From: Candidatus Bathyarchaeia archaeon
GTDB taxonomy: Archaea > Thermoproteota > Bathyarchaeia > Bathyarchaeales > Bathycorpusculaceae
Assembly: GCA_038727135.1 (NCBI GenBank)
Contig: JAVYWL010000003.1
Coordinates: 32,001 to 96,000, forward strand
Length of the DNA stretch: 64,000 nt
Reading direction: 5' to 3'
The translations under genes were made by a program, and so were the position numbers. This document shows positions 29,474 to 38,768 of this stretch, one piece after another. The notes beneath the pieces were generated by a model. It was not told the origin of the DNA. It saw only the letters and a list, made by a program, of their open reading frames with translations, and made no database searches. Position 1 is the first letter of the stretch. Each line of letters opens with the position of its first letter.

Positions 29474-31012
29474 ATGCATAAAGTGCAAATAGACGGAGAA
29501 ACCCTAACCATCGAAGACATCGTAAAAGTTGCCTATAACAAGGCTAAAGTTGTCATCCCAGAAAAAGTTAAAGCCCGTGTGAAGACGTGTCGAGAATTCT
29601 TGGAGAAACTTTTAGAAAAAGGTGAAGTAATTTACGGCGTGAACACTGGTTTTGGAGCACTAAGCGACGCAAAAATTTCCGAGCAAGAGCTTAAACAGCT
29701 TCAAACAAACCTTATTAGAAGTCATGCTGCCGGCGTTGGAAAACCCCTAAGCACAGAAGTTGTTAGGGCTACCATGCTTTTGAGGGCAAACACACTAGCG
29801 AAGGGATATTCTGGCATACGCTTGGAAACTCTAGAAACTTTGGTGGAGATGCTTAACCGAGGCGTCCACCCGATAATACCGGAGAAGGGCTCAGTGGGCG
29901 CAAGCGGAGACTTGGCACCACTATCTCACATAGTTCTTGTGCTCATGGGCGAAGGCGAAGCCGAATACAAAGGCAAAATAATGAGTGGAAAAGAGGCAAT
30001 GGAAAAAGCTGGAATAAAGCCCATTCAGCTGGAAGCCAAGGAGGGCATAGCCCTAAACAACGGAACACAACTAATGACAGCCATAGCCGCCCTGACAGTG
30101 CACAGAGCGGAAAACCTGATAAAAACAGCGGAAATAGCCGCCGCCATGTCAATGGAGGCACTCCTAGGCGTTTCAGACGCCCTAGACGAAAAAATCCACA
30201 ACGTTAGACCCCACAAGGGACAAGCAACAACAGCCAAAAACATGAGATGGCTAATCTCAGGAAGCAAACTCATCCAAACCGGCAAAGAGGCAATAGCGAA
30301 AATTGGGCGCCCCCACGACCCCTACAGCCTAAGATGCACACCACAAGTTTTAGGTGCCGCCAGAGACGCCATAGAATATGCAAGAAAAATAGTTGAAGCG
30401 GAAATAAACTCGGCAACAGACAACCCCCTAATATTTCCAGAAACCGGCGAATGCCTTTCAGGAGGAAACTTCCACGGACAACCAATAGCACTGGCAATGG
30501 ACACCCTCGGAATAGCCCTAACAATAATCGGCAACATCTCAGAAAGGCGAATCTTCCGCCTCCTAGACGAAAAACTAAACAACGGCTTACCATCTTTCCT
30601 AGCATCACCACAAGCAAAGAGGGGCTTAAACAGTGGCTTAATGACAGCCCAATATACGGCGGCAGCCTTAGCCTCAGAAAACAAGGTTTTAGCGCATCCG
30701 GCATGCGTAGACTCGATACCAACATCAGCAAACTTCGAAGACTTCGTAAGCATGGGAACAACAGCAGCCCAAAAAGCCATGCAAATACTGGAAAATACGG
30801 AATACATAATAGCCATAGAACTCCTCTGCGCAGCCCAAGCAATAGAATACCGCGAACCAGAAAAACTCGGAAAAGGAACCAAAAAAGCCTACAAAAAAAT
30901 AAGGAAAACAGTGCCGCCACTAATAGAGGACAGACCCCTAAACCAAGACATAGAAAAACTAAAAACAATAGTCAAGAAAGGAACATTAGCTAAAGAATTA
31001 TCTACATCATAG
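29474..31012 (+). CDS. hutH: Histidine ammonia-lyase
   Basis: YGVNTGFG, MIO-forming GASGDL, DPYSLRC, GGNFHG. Confidence 0.9.
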   Translation: MHKVQIDGETLTIEDIVKVAYNKAKVVIPEKVKARVKTCREFLEKLLEKGEVIYGVNTGFGALSDAKISEQELKQLQTNLIRSHAAGVGKPLSTEVVRATMLLRANTLAKGYSGIRLETLETLVEMLNRGVHPIIPEKGSVGASGDLAPLSHIVLVLMGEGEAEYKGKIMSGKEAMEKAGIKPIQLEAKEGIALNNGTQLMTAIAALTVHRAENLIKTAEIAAAMSMEALLGVSDALDEKIHNVRPHKGQATTAKNMRWLISGSKLIQTGKEAIAKIGRPHDPYSLRCTPQVLGAARDAIEYARKIVEAEINSATDNPLIFPETGECLSGGNFHGQPIALAMDTLGIALTIIGNISERRIFRLLDEKLNNGLPSFLASPQAKRGLNSGLMTAQYTAAALASENKVLAHPACVDSIPTSANFEDFVSMGTTAAQKAMQILENTEYIIAIELLCAAQAIEYREPEKLGKGTKKAYKKIRKTVPPLIEDRPLNQDIEKLKTIVKKGTLAKELSTS

Positions 31013-31017
31013 ATTAA

Positions 31018-31199
31018 TGGTCGGGCGGGCAGGATTTGAACCTGCGACACTCCGGTTTCTGCACCCGCATGTACGCTTGGTAGGCTGGGTGACGCCCACC
31101 AGAACGGCAAACGCCGTCTATGGTAGGCGTCTACAGCATCTCCGTCTGCCGAACCATGCCGGCAGACTCGGAAGCTCTACCAAGCTGAGCTACCGCCCG
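31018..31199 (-). tRNA. tRNA-Tyr(GTA) with two introns (31138-31168 at 30/31; 31057-31130 at 37/38) and encoded CCA
   Basis: Removing both introns gives a complete 77-nt cloverleaf with C1-G72, stem TCCGG/CCGGA, loop CT-GTA-GA and TTCAAAT. Confidence 0.9.
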
Positions 31200-31252
31200 C
31201 CTTCAAGTTTTAAATGAGAATAAAATACTGATTTATATGTTTCGTGGTTCAG

Positions 31253-31375
31253 CTACCACTTAGATTTTTTAGAGACTTTAAGCCAAAGCGCACCCCAAAT
31301 TATGGCAAAGGCTATGGTTGTCCAGAAAATAAACAACAACATTTTAACGGCTTCTGATGCCATCTCCTCAAACAT
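31253..31375 (-). CDS. Small single-TM peptide (40 aa)
   Basis: MFEEMASEAVKMLLFIFWTTIAFAIIWGALWLKVSKKSKW; purine-rich upstream; below the ORF-track cutoff. Confidence 0.45.
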   Translation of the reverse strand: MFEEMASEAVKMLLFIFWTTIAFAIIWGALWLKVSKKSKW

Positions 31376-31560
31376 CTCAAACCCTTCTCCGATTAAAATG
31401 CAACGTTTAAAAGTTTAAAAGCCAAGTTTCCACGCATGAAATAAACCCTCAAACAGCCATATTTTGAAGGAGGATATATGCCAACACTAACAGTAAGCCA
31501 TTTATAAAAAGTCAAACTAAAACTAAACCAGCCAGAAGGGAGAAAGGGAGAAGGCTTCCA

Positions 31561-33093
31561 TCACCTCTTCCTTCCAAAACTATACGACTCAAAATTGCGG
31601 CTTTTTCCCCTCAAATCATAACCATAATACCAGGCAGTCCAACCCCTATAGAAGGCTTCCTCACTAGCTTTCCTCCTTCGCCTAATCCTACGATAAACCA
31701 AAACACACAACAAAATGATAAACGAAATCAAAATAACCAACAAAACTAAATAAAGCCACTCAACCCACCGCGCACCATAATGAGCCGTAGCCGTGTGGGG
31801 ACCATCCATAAAAACAACTATCTGATAAACACCAGCAGGCCTAGAAACACCATCAACATCCCAATGGCTAAAATCATAACCTCTAACAGGCGGAGCGGAC
31901 AAAGAAACATTAACACAAGCATCATACCAACCCTCCCCAGGAATCACAGCAATACCAGCAGGAGAAGTCTTCACAGATAAAAAGTACTGGAGAGTGTAAT
32001 GGGCGGTTGCCGTGTGATTCTTGTCCATAATTAAAGTAATCGGGTTGCCTGTCCATGGTAAGCCATCAACATCCCAATAGCTAAACTTGTAACGAACGCC
32101 AGTTAAAATCGGAACAACGTTCGGCGCTGTTAAGGAAACCACCGTGCCTTCATTATACCAACCCTCCCCAGGGATCGCGGCAATGCCAGAAGGTTCAGTT
32201 CTGATAGCTAGGTAGTATTTTATAGGCAAAAGTATGTTAAATTGTAACAAAAATGGTGGGCTATAGGGAACGCCCCCATATTTTGGTGGAGCAGTATACA
32301 CGGCTACCGAAGCAGTTGCCCTGCCAACAGCAGCCGTTGTTGGGATCTCTGAAGTTATTTTTACCCTATTTTCACCCGGCTGGAAATTTCTTGTTTCCTC
32401 TATATGCATGATCGGGTAATTAGCAGAATCTTGAACATCAATTATTATTGTTGCGTTTTTCGCTGTTAGAGCAATATTTTCAGCTATCAAGTCGAAGACT
32501 ATCTTTTCTTCCCTTTTAAAGTCTATTTGGGGCTCCAATTGGCTATTCAATGTTCCCGCGTTGGTTATTTTAATAGTCCATCCTACTTGAAAAGTTAACG
32601 TGTCCATGACAACTACTCCGGCTATGTCGACTGTTGCCACCACGAACCACGTGCCAAAAATTATTTGTTCGGCGTTCTCGGCAGGCCAAGGAATTCTAAA
32701 ATGAAATGAAGCTATTCCATCATTGTTCGTCGCTCCCGCGCCAACTATTGTAATGTTCCAAAAGGCATTTTTCGGGTTATCAATTTGAAACGCGACCAAC
32801 ACGTTTGCAACTGGCCATTCATTGTATGTTACGCTGGCGTACAACTCAACAAGTTCTTGCGGTTGAAAGCTGTCGCTAGGATTGTTTATCCCCTTCCCAT
32901 CAAACGGTGCCTTGTTAGTGAAAACATCAACTTTTCTTGGATTGCTTGAGCAGAGGCCCGCCTTCATAACCGCTTGTGCAAATGTTGTTAAAAGTATTAT
33001 TGCCACCATAGTTATCGTTAGCCTTCTCCATTTTATCATCGTCATCAAGCCATTACTAGATGAGATGTTCTTTAACAAATATTCCGTAATCAC
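31561..33093 (-). CDS. Cell-surface protein with two InlB-B-like repeats and a C-terminal TM anchor
   Basis: Signal peptide; repeated IPGEGWY...WDVDG...HTATAHY; TM helix followed by a basic tail. Confidence 0.75.
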   Translation of the reverse strand: MITEYLLKNISSSNGLMTMIKWRRLTITMVAIILLTTFAQAVMKAGLCSSNPRKVDVFTNKAPFDGKGINNPSDSFQPQELVELYASVTYNEWPVANVLVAFQIDNPKNAFWNITIVGAGATNNDGIASFHFRIPWPAENAEQIIFGTWFVVATVDIAGVVVMDTLTFQVGWTIKITNAGTLNSQLEPQIDFKREEKIVFDLIAENIALTAKNATIIIDVQDSANYPIMHIEETRNFQPGENRVKITSEIPTTAAVGRATASVAVYTAPPKYGGVPYSPPFLLQFNILLPIKYYLAIRTEPSGIAAIPGEGWYNEGTVVSLTAPNVVPILTGVRYKFSYWDVDGLPWTGNPITLIMDKNHTATAHYTLQYFLSVKTSPAGIAVIPGEGWYDACVNVSLSAPPVRGYDFSHWDVDGVSRPAGVYQIVVFMDGPHTATAHYGARWVEWLYLVLLVILISFIILLCVLVYRRIRRRRKASEEAFYRGWTAWYYGYDLRGKSRNFESYSFGRKR

Positions 33094-33253
33094 GAATATT
33101 GCTATAGAAGATGTGTTTTTGAAAGTGCATAACTGCGATTTTTCTTTGAAAATGTTAAAATTTGGATTCTGAATCCTAATTAATTATACATCGGAAGGGG
33201 AAACATCCCTTAAAAACATGTAGCTGCATGGCTATTTTAAAAAGGGTGTTGGG

Positions 33254-33418
33254 ATGAAGCGTAAATTAGTTGTTATAGTTGCGGAATTGGTGGATGAGGC
33301 GGCTAAGGAAAGGGATAACGTTATCAAACAAGAGCTTGCTGAGTGGTTTCGAGAAGATGCTGTTTCAATTCCATGGATAAAGGAACTTAAAAGCATAGCC
33401 ATCCAAGAAGAACGATAA
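33254..33418 (+). CDS. Small hypothetical protein (54 aa)
   Basis: MKRKLVVIVAELVDEAAKERDNVIKQELAEWFREDAVSIPWIKELKSIAIQEER with upstream GGGTG RBS. Confidence 0.6.
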   Translation: MKRKLVVIVAELVDEAAKERDNVIKQELAEWFREDAVSIPWIKELKSIAIQEER

Positions 33419-33497
33419 AAGCGGAGAATAACTGTTTACTCCCTTCTTTTAAAATTCTGGGAAAGATTTATGGATTAGATACATACATTTTGAATGT

Positions 33498-33602
33498 GGG
33501 CCGGTAGTCTAGCTGGCTAACAATGAAAAGAACAGCATGTTGAGGCCTACGGACGTCGCCCTCACGCGGCGAAGGTCACCGGTTCAAATCCGGTCCGGCC
33601 CA
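33498..33602 (+). tRNA. tRNA-Val(CAC) with a D-loop intron (~31-33 nt)
   Basis: GGGCCGG/CCGGCCC acceptor, TCGCC-CTCACGC-GGCGA anticodon arm, ACCGG-TTCAAAT-CCGGT; extra hairpin in the D-loop. Confidence 0.9.
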
Positions 33603-33656
33603 CCTTTTATAGAAGCTTTGTTTAAACTTTTATAGCTGATGTTGGCCAATTAACGG

Positions 33657-35051
33657 TTGAAAAGCAAAGTTATGTTGGAGACGGTCTTATTGAGGTTATT
33701 TGGCACTTCGGGCCTAAGAGGTTTAGTTAATGCTGACTTAACTCCATTTTTGGCTGTTAGGGTCGGGATGGCTTTAGGAAAATTCCTTGGGACTGGTAAG
33801 GTTTTTGTGGCAAGGGATACGAGAACTTCCGGCTTGATAATTGAGAATGCTTTGGTTTCGGGTTTGCTGGCCTGTGGAATAGAAGTTTATGGTTTAGGTG
33901 TTTTGCCAACACCTGTTTTGGCTTATTTAACCATGAGGCTTGAAGCTGATGCTGGGTTGATGGTTACGGCTTCTCATAATCCACCTCAATACAACGGGAT
34001 AAAAATTTTCGATGGAAAAGGCATGGCGTATGATGAAAAGCGGCAAGAGATGCTTGAAAAAGTTATTGAAAGTGGGGATTTTAGACTGGCTGAGTGGCGG
34101 AATCTCGGCAGAGTCGAGTATTGCGATGAAAGCCAATTATATGTGGATATGATTTTGAAAAGCCTGAGGCTCGGCAGGAAGTGGCGGGTTGTGATAGACC
34201 CTGGTTGTGGAGCCACAAGCTATATTGCACCAGAAATTTTTAAGGAGTTGGGATGCGAGGTTAAGGCTGTAAATGCTCAACCTGATGGTTTCTTTCCATG
34301 TAGGAGCCCTGAGCCGAACGCTGAATCCTTAAAGCCTTTATCAAAGATTGTTAAAGAGCTTAAAGCCAATGTTGGGATAGCATATGATGGTGACGGAGAT
34401 AGGGTCGCCTTCATAGACGAGAAGGGCAACTTTATGGATTTTGATAGGGTTTTGGCGGCGTATGCGGCTTACGTCTTGAAGAGGCATGGAAGTGGAACTG
34501 TTGTTACAAATGTTGAGGCTTCTATGTGTTTTGAAAAGATGGTTGAGCCTATGGGCGGGAAAGTTATCAGAACAAAGGTTGGAGATGTTTATGTTGCAGA
34601 AACCATAAAAAGGTCTGGGGCAGTTTTTGGCGGTGAACCGTGTGGCGCTTGGATACACCCAAAATACCATTTCTGTCCGGATGGGATTCTTTCATCAGCG
34701 CTTCTTTTGAAGGCTTTGGAAGATGAGAGCAAAAGCCTTTCAGAATTTGTTGCTGACGTCCCAGCATATCCTGTTATTAGAAAGAACGTTAGTTGTAGAA
34801 ACGAGGTGAAGCACGCGGTTGTCAAAAGGACTGAAGGGTTTCTGAAAAAGGCTTTTCCGGATTATAGACAGATTTCAACGGTTGATGGTGTTCGCTTATC
34901 CCTTGAGGATAGCTGGGTTTTGGTTAGGGCTTCTGGCACAGAGCCCCTTATACGGCTGACGGTGGAGGGTGAATCTTTAAAGACCGCTGAGGCAATAATG
35001 GATAGGGCTTTAGCCGCTGTTGAAAGGGCTTTGGAGGATTTGGAAAATTGA
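33657..35051 (+). CDS. glmM: Phosphoglucosamine mutase / phosphohexomutase
   Basis: LFGTSG, TASHNP, DGDGDR, RASGTEP. Confidence 0.88.
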   Translation: MKSKVMLETVLLRLFGTSGLRGLVNADLTPFLAVRVGMALGKFLGTGKVFVARDTRTSGLIIENALVSGLLACGIEVYGLGVLPTPVLAYLTMRLEADAGLMVTASHNPPQYNGIKIFDGKGMAYDEKRQEMLEKVIESGDFRLAEWRNLGRVEYCDESQLYVDMILKSLRLGRKWRVVIDPGCGATSYIAPEIFKELGCEVKAVNAQPDGFFPCRSPEPNAESLKPLSKIVKELKANVGIAYDGDGDRVAFIDEKGNFMDFDRVLAAYAAYVLKRHGSGTVVTNVEASMCFEKMVEPMGGKVIRTKVGDVYVAETIKRSGAVFGGEPCGAWIHPKYHFCPDGILSSALLLKALEDESKSLSEFVADVPAYPVIRKNVSCRNEVKHAVVKRTEGFLKKAFPDYRQISTVDGVRLSLEDSWVLVRASGTEPLIRLTVEGESLKTAEAIMDRALAAVERALEDLEN

Positions 35052-36325
35052 AGGCTGTTGTCCTTGCAGCAGGTGAGGGCACAAGGCTTCAGCCTATTAC
35101 TTTAACCCGTCCAAAACATCTAATCAGCGTGGGAGGAAAGCCTGTTCTTGAGCATTGTTTAAACGCTGTTAAGGCTTGTGGAATAAGCGAAATAGTAATA
35201 GTTGTGCATTATATGGCTGAAGCTATCCGCAGATATCTTGGTTCTGGAGAAAAATTGGGATTAAAAATTGAGTATGCCTATCAAAAAGGTGTTCTTGGGA
35301 CTGGAAATGCTGCAAGTGTTGCCGAACCATTCGTTGATGGAGACTTCGTACTAATCTATGGTGATTTGCTTTTCACTCCAGAGGCTCTCAAAAAAGTCTT
35401 GGAAATGCACAACCGAAAGAAGCCCTCGGCAACGCTTTCTGTGGTGCCTGTTGAGCACCCAGAGGATTACGGCATAGTCGAGCTTAAAGATGATGGAGCT
35501 GTAAAGCGCATAATCGAAAAGCCCCCTCGAGAAGAGGCGCCTACAAACTTGGCCAATGCCGGGCTATACGTTTTCACTTCTGAAATTTTTGAAAAATTGA
35601 GGAGGGTTTCGGCTTCTTCGAGGGGCGAATTGGAAATAACAGACGCCATTGAGTTTCTCATAAGAGAGGGGAAGCCCGTTTTCGCCGTTGAAATCCCGAG
35701 GGATGAGTGGTTTGATATAGGTAGACCTTGGGATTTGCTGGAGGCTAACCGCTGGGCGCTTACTCGTATGGAACACGGCGTATCTGGAAATGTTGAGGAG
35801 GGCGCCCACATAATTGGACCAGTGACGGTTGCCGAAACCGCCCGCATACGCTCCGGAGCCTACATTGAAGGACCAGCCTACGTAGGCGAAAACAGCGATG
35901 TTGGACCCAACTGTTACATACGTCCATGCACAAGCATAGGCAAAAATGTGCGGATAGGGAATGCTTGCGAAATAAAGAACAGCATAATCATGGATGGAGT
36001 CCACATTGGGCATTTATCTTATGTTGGCGACAGCATAATTGGCGAAAACTGCAACCTGGGCGCTGGAACAATAACTGCTAACTATCGCCTCGACGCTGGA
36101 ACAATAAAAATGATGGTTAAGGACAAGCTTGTGGACTCTGGAAGAACAAAGTTGGGCGCAGTTTTAGGAGATAACGTTAAAACGGGAATAAATGCGCTCC
36201 TAATGCCCGGCGTAAAGGTTGGAAACAACTGTTGGATCGGACCAAACGTCATAGTTTACCGTGACTTGCCGCCAAACACCGCCATATTCCTAAAGCAAAA
36301 CCTAGAAGAGAAGAAGATGGGCTGA
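35048..36325 (+). CDS. glmU: Bifunctional sugar-1-phosphate nucleotidylyl/acetyltransferase
   Basis: LAAGEGTRL...PK, hexapeptide repeats, HLSYVGDS. Confidence 0.88.
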   Translation: MKAVVLAAGEGTRLQPITLTRPKHLISVGGKPVLEHCLNAVKACGISEIVIVVHYMAEAIRRYLGSGEKLGLKIEYAYQKGVLGTGNAASVAEPFVDGDFVLIYGDLLFTPEALKKVLEMHNRKKPSATLSVVPVEHPEDYGIVELKDDGAVKRIIEKPPREEAPTNLANAGLYVFTSEIFEKLRRVSASSRGELEITDAIEFLIREGKPVFAVEIPRDEWFDIGRPWDLLEANRWALTRMEHGVSGNVEEGAHIIGPVTVAETARIRSGAYIEGPAYVGENSDVGPNCYIRPCTSIGKNVRIGNACEIKNSIIMDGVHIGHLSYVGDSIIGENCNLGAGTITANYRLDAGTIKMMVKDKLVDSGRTKLGAVLGDNVKTGINALLMPGVKVGNNCWIGPNVIVYRDLPPNTAIFLKQNLEEKKMG

Positions 36326-36336
36326 TTTGAAAAACT

Positions 36337-37392
36337 TTAGCTGACCATTATTGCGGTTCCACAGTATTCGCACTGCACAGATGTTTGTCCCTTGTAAATT
36401 TCCTTTGTGTAAGGTGCCCCACAGTGGGGACATCTGATAATCCTTATTGTTGGTGCTTCTTTTGGAGTTATGCCCCTTATTGCCGCTATGTCTCTGTCTG
36501 CCTCGCCGCCTATAATGTATTGGAAGAACCTTGTTATTACGTCTGCCTCCCAACCCTTAACGTCAAAAGGTGTCTCCTCTAATCCACGTTCTGGTTTAAA
36601 GCGGACATAAACGCCCGTCCAAGCAATAAGCCCAACCCTTCCCTTTGAAATTTCTTGAAGAGCTCCTATAGGCTGTTCTATGAGGACCATGCGTTCCGTC
36701 TTCTTTTTTGTCGCTATGAATAGTTTCTTTTCAAGAACGACCTCTTTCTTCCCTTCGAAGATGAACCTTTGGTTTGTGAAGTAAAGGGTTCCTTCGCATT
36801 TATCTTTCGTCATAATTTTTCCTTCAACGGCTAGGACTGGGCTTTCCTCTGGTTTCAATGGGAAAGACGCGTATGAGAAAAGCTCCATGGTTTTTTCTGC
36901 TACTTTTAGGTCTCTGTCTATGGCGTTTATGCTTCCCAAAAACTCGCCGAGTGAGGCGCTGATTTTCGCTGTTTCCATAGATATCCTAGCTCTTAACATG
37001 GAGGCTTCTGTTGAGAGGCGCCCAGCCAAAGACCAACAATAGCCTATGTTTCCACGGTCTATCTCGGCTCTAAGCCTATGCGCATCAGATTGAAGTGTTC
37101 GAATTTGGGCTGTTAGTGGCTGGACATTGCTGTAGAAGCTTTGCTTAATGGTTGGCGATGCTTCCATCCACTTCTTGGTTAAGATTTCAATGCTTTTCTC
37201 CAAATGTCCCATTGCTGCATAACCCCGCCCCCGAACCGTCACGAGTCTGCTTGGCAATGAAGCCATCGAGCTGTCAATCTGGGCTAGTTTGCTTTCAACG
37301 TCGCTTATTGCCGCAGAAGCCCCTGAAAGGTCAGACTCTATCGAGCTAAGCCTCGAGTACAAGGCTTCCCGTTCTCTATCAACTTGAGCCAT
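36337..37392 (-). CDS. Hypothetical protein: coiled coil, PH/GRAM-like domain and Zn ribbon
   Basis: N-terminal heptads, GTLYFTNQRFIFE, CPHCG...CEYCG. Confidence 0.7.
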   Translation of the reverse strand: MAQVDREREALYSRLSSIESDLSGASAAISDVESKLAQIDSSMASLPSRLVTVRGRGYAAMGHLEKSIEILTKKWMEASPTIKQSFYSNVQPLTAQIRTLQSDAHRLRAEIDRGNIGYCWSLAGRLSTEASMLRARISMETAKISASLGEFLGSINAIDRDLKVAEKTMELFSYASFPLKPEESPVLAVEGKIMTKDKCEGTLYFTNQRFIFEGKKEVVLEKKLFIATKKKTERMVLIEQPIGALQEISKGRVGLIAWTGVYVRFKPERGLEETPFDVKGWEADVITRFFQYIIGGEADRDIAAIRGITPKEAPTIRIIRCPHCGAPYTKEIYKGQTSVQCEYCGTAIMVS

Positions 37393-37497
37393 TACATCTC
37401 GCCAAAAATAATTTGGCTTGATAATCCTAATAATGCTTGTGTGTAGTTAAACCCTAAAATATGTGTTCTTATAAGTGTACGTATAGGAGGATAAGCA

Positions 37498-37920
37498 TTG
37501 TCGGTGGCTCAGAGAAGGTTCTTCACGGAAGTTTCGGCTCTCATAGACAAAACTGTGATCGTTATAACAACGGCTGGCAAAACATACAATGGAACATTAA
37601 TAGGAATTAATCCGGACAATTTAAGTCTGTGCCTAGCGGATGCAAAAGATGAGGAGGGTAAAAAGCTCCATAGAGTTTTTTTGAACGGTAATGTTGTCGC
37701 CCAAATTTTGAGTGTTGAAAAGCCTTTCGATTTGAAGGCTCTGGCTGAACGTCTTGAAAGGGTTTTCCCAACGATGGTTAAGCTTTATGAAGATAAGGGT
37801 TTCATCTGGGTTATGGACAAGGTTAAAGTAACAGAAAAAGGCGTTGTTGAGGGTTCAGGTCCGGCTGCAGAAAGAGTGCAAAAAGTCTATGAACAATTCA
37901 TCAGCGAGACAAGGGGCTAG
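37498..37920 (+). CDS. Extended Lsm protein (SmAP3-like)
   Basis: Sm fold plus C-terminal domain (VTEKGVVEGSGPAAERV). Confidence 0.85.
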   Translation: MSVAQRRFFTEVSALIDKTVIVITTAGKTYNGTLIGINPDNLSLCLADAKDEEGKKLHRVFLNGNVVAQILSVEKPFDLKALAERLERVFPTMVKLYEDKGFIWVMDKVKVTEKGVVEGSGPAAERVQKVYEQFISETRG

Positions 37921-38708
37921 ACAAACCAGCGGAATTGCTCTTCCCTTTTCTTTTCCTCTTTAACAGTTCTAACCCAGCCGAAAGACTCTAATATCTTCGT
38001 TGTCTTCTCAGCGGCAGCATCAAGCCTTGACAAGTCAACTTTAAGGTTCAAATACTTGTTTAAGGCAGAAAGCGCATAACGAGCCGCATTAGCGTCCGGA
38101 TAAGTACCTAGAGTCTCCACGAGGATCGAGAAACCCCTAAAGCCTCTGAGGCTTCCAAGCCCTATGAGTATGCCAGCCACTCCGAAAATGTTTCCAACCA
38201 TTATTTTTGCGCCCAAGTTTAAGGCTTCTTTTAGGGTTTCTGGGTCAGAGGCTGCACAGTAAATCTCCGGTGTTTCCTTAACTTCTTCCTGTTTGAACCC
38301 TCCGATGGTTATGAGGAAGCGGCATCCCAACTCCTCGGCAATGTCAAGAACTTTCCCGCAAAGTTCATACTGTCCAAAAGTTGTTAGGGCTTGGGTGTTG
38401 CCATACCAAATAATAAGGTCTCGCCCTTCTCCCCTGCTCTTGTGGTAGTATAGCTCGTTTATTGGGGAGCGGGTGCCACCATTTTCTGTTGTTACAGCCA
38501 AGTCTTGGAACGATGCAGAAAAGATTCTTGCAAAGCGTTTTGCTTCGAGCTCATGGATTAAGTGTAATGCCACTATGTTGGCTACAAAGCCTATGCCGGG
38601 CAACCCCTCGATCAGAACGGGATTTTCAAGTTTTGGCCTCTCTTCAATTTGGACAGTTAAAGCCATTAGATGACTCCTCTTCGCTGGTATTAGAAATGAA
38701 CCTTGCAA
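37917..38708 (-). CDS. PAC2-family proteasome assembly chaperone
   Basis: EGLPGIGFVA, ITIGG, ETLGTYPD. Confidence 0.88.
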   Translation of the reverse strand: MQGSFLIPAKRSHLMALTVQIEERPKLENPVLIEGLPGIGFVANIVALHLIHELEAKRFARIFSASFQDLAVTTENGGTRSPINELYYHKSRGEGRDLIIWYGNTQALTTFGQYELCGKVLDIAEELGCRFLITIGGFKQEEVKETPEIYCAASDPETLKEALNLGAKIMVGNIFGVAGILIGLGSLRGFRGFSILVETLGTYPDANAARYALSALNKYLNLKVDLSRLDAAAEKTTKILESFGWVRTVKEEKKREEQFRWFV

Positions 38709-38768
38709 TATAAGTTTGCGGCTCTACATTTTATAAGCATGTTCAACTGATTTTGTTTAGATTCCAGA

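Noticed and set aside
30270-30993. Long alternative-frame and antisense ORFs over hutH (similar ones over gatE and the ABC genes)
   Set aside because: Shadow ORFs caused by codon and strand compositional bias; no motifs
31017-31217. Small ORFs 31017..31217 and 30889..31110
   Set aside because: They overlap the tRNA-Tyr gene
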